Source of the DNA: Phycisphaerae bacterium
Lineage (GTDB): Bacteria > Planctomycetota > Phycisphaerae > UBA1845 > Fen-1342
DNA length: 17,941 nucleotides
Direction: 5' to 3'
Assembly (NCBI GenBank): GCA_050115495.1
Contig: JASFQK010000061.1
Location: 1-17,941, forward strand
Shown piece after piece: positions 1-7,068 of this stretch (position 1 is its first letter; each line of letters opens with the position of its first letter). The translations under genes and the position numbers were made by a program. Under the pieces are notes generated by a model. The model saw nothing but the letters and a program-made list of their open reading frames with translations. It was not told where the DNA came from and did no database searches.

Positions 1-23
1 GTCTTTCCGCCTCCGCCACAAAC

Positions 24-91
24 GGCGAGCGAAGCCCGCCCTGCGACTTCACCAGCAGCGTTCACAGATTGTAGGGCGGGCTCTGCCCGCC
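24..91. repeat. Inverted pair of GTAG-type REP-like palindromes
   Basis: 71-91 is GTAG-GGCGGGC-TCT-GCCCGCC. 24-44 read on the minus strand is GCAG-GGCGGGC-TTC-GCTCGCC. Confidence 0.65.
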
Positions 92-329
92 GAGCGTTCA
101 CAGGCCAGGACGCCGCCGACTCGACGTCCGACATTCGCTCGCCCGCCGAACCTCCTGACGGCGACGGTTGCTGCATCAACTGTCACGGCAGTGAGATTCC
201 GGGACGTCACGGCACCCGCGACGTCTCGTATAGCCCTATAATACGTCCACTCATCGCATCAAAACAGCAGAAACTCTGTTCGAAGACCCAGCGCAACCCG
301 CCTGTCGTGCGATTGCATCGTCGCGAGTG

Positions 330-391
330 GCTACCCAGAAATATCCCGGATTAAGTACTCAGCAAGCTACCCAGAAAACTCTCCAGGTAGC
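330..391. promoter_or_regulatory. Putative transcription-factor binding region
   Basis: GCTACCCAGAAA occurs at 330-341 and 366-377. The inverted repeat GCTACC-N14-GGTAGC (366-391) abuts the -35 box below. Confidence 0.4.
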
Positions 392-392
392 A

Positions 393-421
393 TTGACCCG
401 CCGCTCGCATACCGGTAATCT
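393..421 (+). promoter_or_regulatory. Putative sigma70-type promoter for the first PEP-CTERM gene
   Basis: TTGACC (393-398), 17-nt spacer, TAATCT (416-421). Confidence 0.55.
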
Positions 422-651
422 GATGTTTATCTGATCACCGCCGCCGGCGCACAGCCGCGAGCTGGGCTGCAAGCGATCGTCGGGTGCACATTGGCGTGAT
501 CGGTAACGGAGTTCGCCTGCGTGCCCAACGGGCGCGATGCAGGGTGTGGAGGATCCGGTCAGCCGGAACATCGCGGAAACGCACGGTGCGTGTCGCGGTT
601 GTCCGAACGCCGGTCAGTGTCTCAAGTCGTTTTTGTCAGAGGAGGAGACGG

Positions 652-1500
652 ATGAACCGCACGATTCGAGTTCTGCTTCTGGGCGCCTTGCTCTGCGCCC
701 CGGCCGTGACGCTGGCCCAGACCAGCCGCCTGTACATCACCAGCTTCGATTGGCCGCCGGTACACCATATCGCTCAGAACGGTGCAGTTGTTCAGGAGTG
801 GCAGACGGGAGGGATGTACGACGGCGACTGCCAATGGGCGATGGCCGTCACCGATACGATCAAGATCTATGCCTCATCCTATGTTGGCATGGGCTACGAG
901 TATGACCTGGACGGTAACATGATCCCGGGCAACACGTATCCCAACACCGAGTTCCTTGATTGTTTCGACGGTGCCACCGACGGCACCCACAACTGGACGA
1001 TCGCCCACAATGACTGGGATGAGGAGTTTCCGTATCCGGTGGTCGTTGCGGACGCGGATTGGGGCGGGGCCAGGGTCGCGTTCGCCCCGGAGCGCCGCAG
1101 TAGCGGCATCACGTACGACGGCAATTCCGACACGCTGTGGGTCACGAACGTGGCGCCGGACATCAATTGCGATCGCGTCCAGCAGTATTCGCTCGAGGGC
1201 GAGCTCTTGTCCGAGTTCAATATCGACCTTGGCGGCGGCCAGGTGATTGACTGGGGCGGCCACGGAATTGCCTGGGACCCGGCCGATGACACGCTGTGGA
1301 TCAGCGCGTTTACTCCGTTTGGTGCGGCTGGCCCCGATCTGCATCAGTTCGACAAACAAGGCAACCTGCTCCAGAGTGTTGATCTGGGGGTGACAAGCCC
1401 GCTGATGGGAGCGATGGGCCTCGAGTTCCAGATGGTCCCGGAGCCGACCTCGGCCTTGCTGCTGGTCGCCGCGCTGGTCGCGGTGTGCCGCAGACGTTAG
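652..1500 (+). CDS. PEP-CTERM sorting domain-containing secreted protein (282 aa), probable beta-propeller-like body
   Basis: GAGGAGGAG RBS before ATG 652. Signal peptide MNRTIRVLLLGALLCAPAVTLA. Repeated GI(T/A)(Y/W)D..xDTLW motifs. C-terminal VPEPTSALLLVAALVAVCRRR. The ORF-track start at 484 is too far upstream. Confidence 0.88.
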   Translation: MNRTIRVLLLGALLCAPAVTLAQTSRLYITSFDWPPVHHIAQNGAVVQEWQTGGMYDGDCQWAMAVTDTIKIYASSYVGMGYEYDLDGNMIPGNTYPNTEFLDCFDGATDGTHNWTIAHNDWDEEFPYPVVVADADWGGARVAFAPERRSSGITYDGNSDTLWVTNVAPDINCDRVQQYSLEGELLSEFNIDLGGGQVIDWGGHGIAWDPADDTLWISAFTPFGAAGPDLHQFDKQGNLLQSVDLGVTSPLMGAMGLEFQMVPEPTSALLLVAALVAVCRRR

Positions 1501-1553
1501 AGCGTGTGAGTAGAATGTAGTGTCCGGGCTCTGCACCGGACGTTGGCTTAATC

Positions 1554-1594
1554 CGGGCACCTTCGGGCTGAGAACTCCGGCCCGAGGGTGCCCG
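1554..1594. other. Strong GC-rich hairpin downstream of PEP-CTERM gene 1 (possible terminator or part of a structured RNA)
   Basis: CGGGCACCTTCGGGCTG-AGAACTC-CGGCCCGAGGGTGCCCG, a 17-bp stem with 2 G-U pairs and no U-tract. Confidence 0.45.
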
Positions 1595-1848
1595 CGTTGC
1601 TTAAGGCAACCGGCTGCGGCGGAAGTCCGTTCGGCTGGTCGAGTCCGGCCGGGTCGACGTGGGGCGCCTCGACGTAGGACGCCGCGGCGGGTGGAACCCG
1701 TCCTACCTCTTCGGGCTGTTCCAGCGGTAGTTCACCGGCCCGCAGCCGTAGGCGACGATGTGGTTCTCATAACAACGGCCACGACACGTGCCTGAGCGTC
1801 GTGCGGCGCGACAGATAAGCCACGACGGCAGCGCGGGCGGGAGTCTAC

Positions 1849-1866
1849 GACACGACATGTCGTGTC
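1849..1866. promoter_or_regulatory. Perfect 18-bp palindrome, candidate operator
   Basis: GACACGACATGTCGTGTC is its own reverse complement. It lies about 115 bp upstream of ATG 1982 and upstream of a possible TTGCGT-N16-TAGTAT promoter (1908-1935). Confidence 0.4.
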
Positions 1867-1981
1867 TGTTGTAGTCATGCCCCATGACACACAACACGAA
1901 CTATCTGTTGCGTTCGCGAAATGACGGGCTAGTATTGTACATAGGCGTACTTGGACGCCCGGAGTCTGGAGGAGGAAAGGA

Positions 1982-2701
1982 ATGTCCCTCGGTCGCGTGT
2001 GTCTCGGGTTTGTCGTATGCTGCGGACTGGCAGCATCGGCCGGCGCAACAGTGGTTCAGGCAGTTTCGGGCTATTCGGTGACCGGTGACCCGGTCAGCTT
2101 CGAGGCCCATTTCACGATCGATGGCGACTCGCTGATCGTGGAGCTCTACAACACGTCGGCGGAGGCGACCTCGAGCCCCGACGACATGCTGTGCAGCTAC
2201 TATTTCGACATCGTGAACGGCGCCGGCGAGCGGCCGACGTTGACCTACGACGGCGCGACCGGCCAGGTGTGGCAGACCGACCGATGGTCGGAGGACACGA
2301 TGGTCGATGCGTCCGCGGACCTGCGGGCGACGAGCGCGGGCCAGCACACCTGGGAGTTCCGCGAGATGGAGCCGACGGCTGCACCGTACGCGGGCTTCGG
2401 CCTCGGCACGGTCGGCAACTCCGACCTCAGCCCGAACAACTTCCACGGCAATATCACCGGTGGGTTCAACTACTCGCTCTACGCCGGCGACATCAGCACG
2501 GCGAACCTGGACGACTACCCGCTGGTCAAGCCCCGGGCCGAGTTCATGTTCCACGGCATCAGCGGGTTCACCGAGGCGGACATCTCCGACGTTGGTGTGT
2601 TCGGCATGGGCACGGGCCCCGACACGCTGCTGTCGACGCCCGAGCCGGCGAGCGGGTTGCTGCTCGGCCTCAGCGCACTGCTGCTGCGCCGCCGACGGTA
2701 A
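1982..2701 (+). CDS. PEP-CTERM sorting domain-containing secreted protein (239 aa)
   Basis: GGAGGAAAGG RBS, N-terminal signal peptide, acidic Gly/Thr-rich body, C-terminal TPEPASGLLLGLSALLLRRRR. Confidence 0.9.
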   Translation: MSLGRVCLGFVVCCGLAASAGATVVQAVSGYSVTGDPVSFEAHFTIDGDSLIVELYNTSAEATSSPDDMLCSYYFDIVNGAGERPTLTYDGATGQVWQTDRWSEDTMVDASADLRATSAGQHTWEFREMEPTAAPYAGFGLGTVGNSDLSPNNFHGNITGGFNYSLYAGDISTANLDDYPLVKPRAEFMFHGISGFTEADISDVGVFGMGTGPDTLLSTPEPASGLLLGLSALLLRRRR

Positions 2702-2752
2702 CCGCGGCGGGGCACTGCTGCTGGTCGGTGCGTGTGGGAGCGCCGGGAGCTG

Positions 2753-4447
2753 CTACGACGCGATCTTGCCGTTAACGACGTCCAGGATCTCGCGCTCGAG
2801 CGCGATCGCCTGCTCCTGAATCTCGGCGCCGCGCTTGAGGATCCCCTCCAGCCACGCCTTGTCCTCGACGTCCGCGGAGTTGATCTTGACGTTGAGGAAG
2901 GCGCCGATGACCGCCGACCGGGCGGCCAGTGCGCCGACGCCGGCGTCGGAGACGCTCGCCGGATTGCCGATGTCGGCCATCGCCTTGCAGACCGCCATGC
3001 CGTCGAGGGCGACCTGCATGACGCGGAAGGGGACCTCGATGGCTTCCTTCGTTGCGTCCTGGATCGCCTGTTTCCGGGCGGCTTTCTCTTCGTCGCTGCC
3101 GCGGGGCAGGCCGAAGGCGGCCATAATCTTGTTGAACGCGTCGGTGTCGTCGTCGATCAGGCGCAGCAGCTCGTCGTGACAGGCCTTGCCCTTCTCGGCC
3201 CAGGTGCTGAACTCTTCCCAGCGGTCGTCCCAGCCGGCCTTGTGGCTGGAGAGGTTGGCGACCATCGTGCCGAGGGCGGCGCCCATCGCGCCCATCGCCG
3301 AGCTGATTGATCCGCCGCCGGGAGCCTTCGATTCGCTCGCCGTCTCCCATACGAAGCCCTCGACGGTCATGTCGACGAGCCGCCGGCGGGGCTGATCCTT
3401 GGCGATGGCGTACTCGATGATCTTCTCTTCGGGCTTGAACGGGTAGAGCTCGTCGAGGCCCATTGACTTCACGGCGATCTTGATGATCTCATGGTCGGGG
3501 ATGCCCAGCGAGCGGTTCTGCATGCGCAGGTAATGCTTGCCGGCGTCGAGCGTGGCCTTCAGCGGAATCAGGCCGACCAGCTCCGAGCCGGTGACGCGCA
3601 CGCCGCGAGCCTCCGCCCGTTTCTTGCATTCCTCGTAGGCGACGTGCACGGGCGTGACGGTGATGTTGGTCAGGTTCATCGAGATCTGGGCGACGCCGTA
3701 TTCCTCAATGAACCAGCCGATGCCCTTGACGCACTTGAGGGCGCCGGGGATCCACACGTCGTTGCCCTTCTCGTCCTTGACGATGGGGCCGGTGATGGGG
3801 TTGCCGGAGCGCTTCTTGCGGCCTTTCTCACGGACGTCGAAGGCGATGGCGTTCGCCCGGCGGGTGGAGGTCGTGTTCAGGTTGACGTTGTAGGCGACGA
3901 GGAAGTCGCGAGCGCCGACGGCACTGACGCCGTACTTCGGATCGAACGTGCCCGGGCCGAAGTCGGGCTTCCACTGCGGGTCTTTCAGCCGCTTGGGGAG
4001 GGCTTCGTATTCGCCGGCGCGGACGACGGCGAGGTTGCGGCGCTGCTCGCTCGTGGCGGCGTACTCGTAGAAGAAGCCGGAGATGCCGGCCTCTTCGCCG
4101 AGCCGCTTACCGAGCTTGTGCGCCCATTCGACGGTCTCGTCCATGGTGATGTTGGCGACGGGGACGAGCGGGCAGACGTCCATGGCGCCGAAGCGGGGGT
4201 GCTCGCCGCTGTGCTTGCTCATGTCGATGAGTTCGCGGGCCTTGCGGGCGGCGCGGACGGCGGCTTCGAGCACGGGTTCGGGCGCCCCGACGAAGGTGAC
4301 GACGGTGCGATTCGTGGCCTTGCCGGGATCGACGTCGAGGAGCTTGACGCCTTCGACGGTCTCGATCTGGTCGGTGATCTGCTTGATGAGGGCCGGGTCG
4401 CGGCCTTCGCTGAAGTTCGGGACGCACTCGATCAACTGTTTGCTCAT
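2753..4447 (-). CDS. ftcD: Bifunctional glutamate formimidoyltransferase / formimidoyltetrahydrofolate cyclodeaminase (564 aa)
   Basis: N-terminal LIECVPNFSEGRD, NRTVVT, HSGEHPRFGAMDVCP and GARDFLVAYNVNL. C-terminal cyclodeaminase motifs APGGGS, GNPASVSDAGV and LNVKIN. Start moved to MSKQ at 4447. Confidence 0.95.
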   Translation of the reverse strand: MSKQLIECVPNFSEGRDPALIKQITDQIETVEGVKLLDVDPGKATNRTVVTFVGAPEPVLEAAVRAARKARELIDMSKHSGEHPRFGAMDVCPLVPVANITMDETVEWAHKLGKRLGEEAGISGFFYEYAATSEQRRNLAVVRAGEYEALPKRLKDPQWKPDFGPGTFDPKYGVSAVGARDFLVAYNVNLNTTSTRRANAIAFDVREKGRKKRSGNPITGPIVKDEKGNDVWIPGALKCVKGIGWFIEEYGVAQISMNLTNITVTPVHVAYEECKKRAEARGVRVTGSELVGLIPLKATLDAGKHYLRMQNRSLGIPDHEIIKIAVKSMGLDELYPFKPEEKIIEYAIAKDQPRRRLVDMTVEGFVWETASESKAPGGGSISSAMGAMGAALGTMVANLSSHKAGWDDRWEEFSTWAEKGKACHDELLRLIDDDTDAFNKIMAAFGLPRGSDEEKAARKQAIQDATKEAIEVPFRVMQVALDGMAVCKAMADIGNPASVSDAGVGALAARSAVIGAFLNVKINSADVEDKAWLEGILKRGAEIQEQAIALEREILDVVNGKIAS

Positions 4448-4774
4448 GCCGGCTGCTTCCTCAGACTGACGCGGCGGCCCCGGCGGAAGCATAGCCCGCC
4501 CGGCGGCCGCCTGGGCCACGTTCACCTGTCGCGCAACTCGGGAAGGGGGCGGCGAGCCCTGCGGCCCGCGCTGCCACGCACCGAACCCGAAGGGGCATCA
4601 TAACGGCTGCGCCGCAGCACATGAAGCACGCCATGAGCGGAGGGGGTGAGGGGCACACCGGGCGGTGGCGGAGGTCGCGCAGGACGGCAAACGCGGTGCA
4701 AAACGGCGTGCGCGGGGTGGTCGCCGTGGCGCCAGCCCACGGAATCGGTGGGGGCCGTGTGTCTCCGGGCTCAG

Positions 4775-4908
4775 AGTCCCGGAGGGACGACTGAAGGTTG
4801 AGTCGCGCGCCTCGGCACTCAGTCGTCCCTCCGGGACTGGATTGTCGGGTAACGCGCCTTTTCCCAGCACTGACGTGCTGGGCTACATTCATTCGTCCCT
4901 CCGGGACT
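4775..4908. repeat. REP/BIME-like composite palindromic element
   Basis: Perfect 20-bp inverted repeat AGTCCCGGAGGGACGACTGA (4775-4794 / 4819-4838), with a third copy at 4889-4908 (1 mismatch). GTAG-CCCAGCAC-GTCA-GTGCTGGG lies on the minus strand at 4863-4886. Confidence 0.75.
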
Positions 4909-4956
4909 GAGAGCTCGACGCCGCTCGCTCCGATGGCGACGAGTCTCTGCGCGGCG

Positions 4957-5682
4957 CTATTCCCCGCGTCGACGGCGGGCTTCGGCGCGGCGTTGTTCGT
5001 AGACTTCTTCGCACGCCGGCGGGCGGATGTAGAGTGGCGTGATCTCTTCCGGCCGGCAACGCCGCCCCGCGGCGGCCAGTCGGCGGCCCAGGGCCAACAC
5101 GTGCTCGGCCCGCGGGTCCCAACAGGACTCGGGTAGGGCGGTCACGCCGGCCGCGGCAACAACGTCCGCATACTGCCGCAGTCCATCCCCCACGACCCCT
5201 AACGGCCGCGGCAGGCCGCCGAGCCACGCCGCCGGCTCGCGGAGATCCGCCTCCTCACGCGTCTCGAAGTCGTCCCCGGCACGCTCGAACCACCCGCCGA
5301 AGACCTGCCCCCGCCGGGCGTCGAGCAGGACGGCGACACGCGGCGGGCATTCCGGCAGGGCGAGGGCGTTGCGGGCGATCACCGCCAGCGTCGGCACCGC
5401 CACCACGGTGCAGCCGCCGGCGCTGTGCAGTGTACGGGCGATGGTCGCCGCCACGCGTAGCCCCGTGAAGCTGCCCGGGCCGTGCGAGAAGGCGACGAGC
5501 CCAACGTCAGCCAGCCGGGCGCCGACGGTGCCGAGCAGGTCGGCGATCGTCGGCAACAGCTCGCCGGCGTGCCGCCGATCCGCAGACAGCGTGCGCACGA
5601 TCGGCGGCTCGCCGCCGCGGGCGAGAGCAACGCTGCCACGTGGGCAGGACGTCTCGATGGCCAGGGTCAGCGCGTCGTTCAT
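4957..5682 (-). CDS. tsaB: tRNA threonylcarbamoyladenosine (t6A37) biosynthesis protein TsaB (241 aa)
   Basis: LAIETS..GSVAL, RHAGELLPTI, GPGSFTGLRVA, LDARRGQVF and C-terminal PLYIRPP. Start moved to MNDALTLAIETS at 5682. Confidence 0.93.
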   Translation of the reverse strand: MNDALTLAIETSCPRGSVALARGGEPPIVRTLSADRRHAGELLPTIADLLGTVGARLADVGLVAFSHGPGSFTGLRVAATIARTLHSAGGCTVVAVPTLAVIARNALALPECPPRVAVLLDARRGQVFGGWFERAGDDFETREEADLREPAAWLGGLPRPLGVVGDGLRQYADVVAAAGVTALPESCWDPRAEHVLALGRRLAAAGRRCRPEEITPLYIRPPACEEVYEQRRAEARRRRGE

Positions 5683-5750
5683 GACCCGCGGATTGTAACC
5701 GCGGTTTCGCCGGCGCGGTGGGCGGAACCTGTAGCGCGGGGCGCGCTCCG

Positions 5751-5876
5751 TCCGAGCCACGACCGGTAGGGAGTGGTGGACGCAGGCGATGCGGTCACGC
5801 GCTGCGACCCGCTCGCTTCCGCTCGGGGCTCGGATTGGCGCTCGGGGCTCGGATTGGTGCGCGGGGCTCGGATGGG
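5751..5876. repeat. Imperfect inverted repeat pair plus three 19-bp tandem repeats
   Basis: 5751-5776 matches the reverse complement of 5809-5834 at 21/26 positions. CGCTCGGGGCTCGGATTGG occurs at 5820-5838 and 5839-5857, with a degenerate copy at 5858-5876. Confidence 0.7.
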
Positions 5877-6013
5877 CGGTCGTGTGGTGGCGTCGCACTA
5901 CTGGCGCACAGAAAAACGACGGGCACGCACACCGTCACCGGGGCTGCCCGCCGCTTGCGCTGGGATGCGGTTGATATTGGACCGGCCGGGCCGCATCGCC
6001 GGCCCGCACAGGG

Positions 6014-6799
6014 TTACGGCGCGAATTCGTCGGTCTTCGTGAAGCCGTCAGGAACCCTGATCTCGAACGCATCCTCACTGAGCTTGGGATCGACCACGAG
6101 GTGGCTGAGCATCTTATGGATCTCGCCCTTCTGGCCGTCCTGTAGCGTCAACATGTCGATCCGGCCGCGTGGGAGGAAGTCCTTCTTGGAGATGAACCAG
6201 GTGACCGTCGGCGCCTGATCGATGTTGTAGATGACTTCGATTGCGTAGCAATCCTCGCCATCGACGGTCTTGCTTTCCTTGAGCGTGTGCTGCTTGCCGC
6301 CCAGTTCGTCGTCGAACGGCCGGGGGTGCAGGTACTCGATCATCATGCCACGCAAGATGACGCGGCTCGCGGACCCCAGCACCGCCGGGTCGAGGTCGGC
6401 GTACACGGTCTTCGTCCGGAAGTCGACGAGGTAGAAGTCCTTGCCGTCGTTGCCGCCGATGAGGTGGTACGGCTCGGAGTCGTTGGGAACAGTGAAGCGA
6501 GTTTCCATGCGGAACTTCGTCGGCAAGACACTCTTGTCGTTGTCGGACTCCGGCTTGGCCCGCTCGGCGGCGATCACCGAGCCTTCGAGCTTGGCCGATC
6601 GCTCCTTCAGCGCCCCGGTGGCCTCGATCGTCAGGTCGTACTTGACGGCCTTAACGGCCTTCATGGCGGCGTCGGTCTTTTTGAGGATGGCGAGCGGATC
6701 GGTCATTTCGCCGGCGGGCTTCTCGTCCTTCTTGTCCCCTGCCCAGGCGACAGTGCCGGCCAAGAGAACGAGGGCGAGCAGGCCAATAAATTGTCTCAT
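6014..6799 (-). CDS. Exported protein, probable LolA-like / lipoprotein-carrier fold (261 aa)
   Basis: GGAGA RBS before ATG 6799. Signal peptide MRQFIGLLALVLLAGTVAWA. Contains DGKDFY, TVDGEDCY, WFISKKDFLP and a C-terminal VDPKLSEDAFEIRVPDG like those of LolA-like families. Confidence 0.7.
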   Translation of the reverse strand: MRQFIGLLALVLLAGTVAWAGDKKDEKPAGEMTDPLAILKKTDAAMKAVKAVKYDLTIEATGALKERSAKLEGSVIAAERAKPESDNDKSVLPTKFRMETRFTVPNDSEPYHLIGGNDGKDFYLVDFRTKTVYADLDPAVLGSASRVILRGMMIEYLHPRPFDDELGGKQHTLKESKTVDGEDCYAIEVIYNIDQAPTVTWFISKKDFLPRGRIDMLTLQDGQKGEIHKMLSHLVVDPKLSEDAFEIRVPDGFTKTDEFAP

Positions 6800-7068
6800 C
6801 GGCGTTTCTCCTCGCGGGACAGGAAGACAGGACACTCGCGCCCGTCGTTCCTAATCCGCAATCAGGGTGCCGAGCAGCGCGCCGTGCGTGGGTATGTCGG
6901 ATTCTGTCAGCGTGTGCCGCGAATTGGCGGCTCCTGGCGGCGGGTGGCGAAGTCCGGAAGTTCACTCGTGGCGCGCGGCCGGGCCAGGCGAATGCGGATT
7001 GGCACACGCCGGAGCGGCGTCCGCGGCCAGGGCGCCGGTTCACCCGTGGTCGAGCTGGAGGAACCCGT

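Noticed and set aside
366..400. Glycine riboswitch (GAAAACTCTCCAGG resembles the aptamer's CTCTCAGG)
   Set aside because: The GGAGA and CCGAAG core elements are absent, and the segment lies upstream of the predicted promoter.
1553..1614. c-di-GMP-II riboswitch (GGGCACCTT...GCAACCGGC)
   Set aside because: GGGCAC is locked in a long hairpin stem rather than in a pseudoknot loop, and the GTAGTGCAACC and kink-turn elements are missing.
3491..4603. 370-aa plus-strand ORF
   Set aside because: Antisense shadow of ftcD.
4461..4910. Short ORFs across the ftcD-tsaB gap
   Set aside because: They are translations of palindromic repeat DNA. The same applies to 10573-10926 and 10944-11126.
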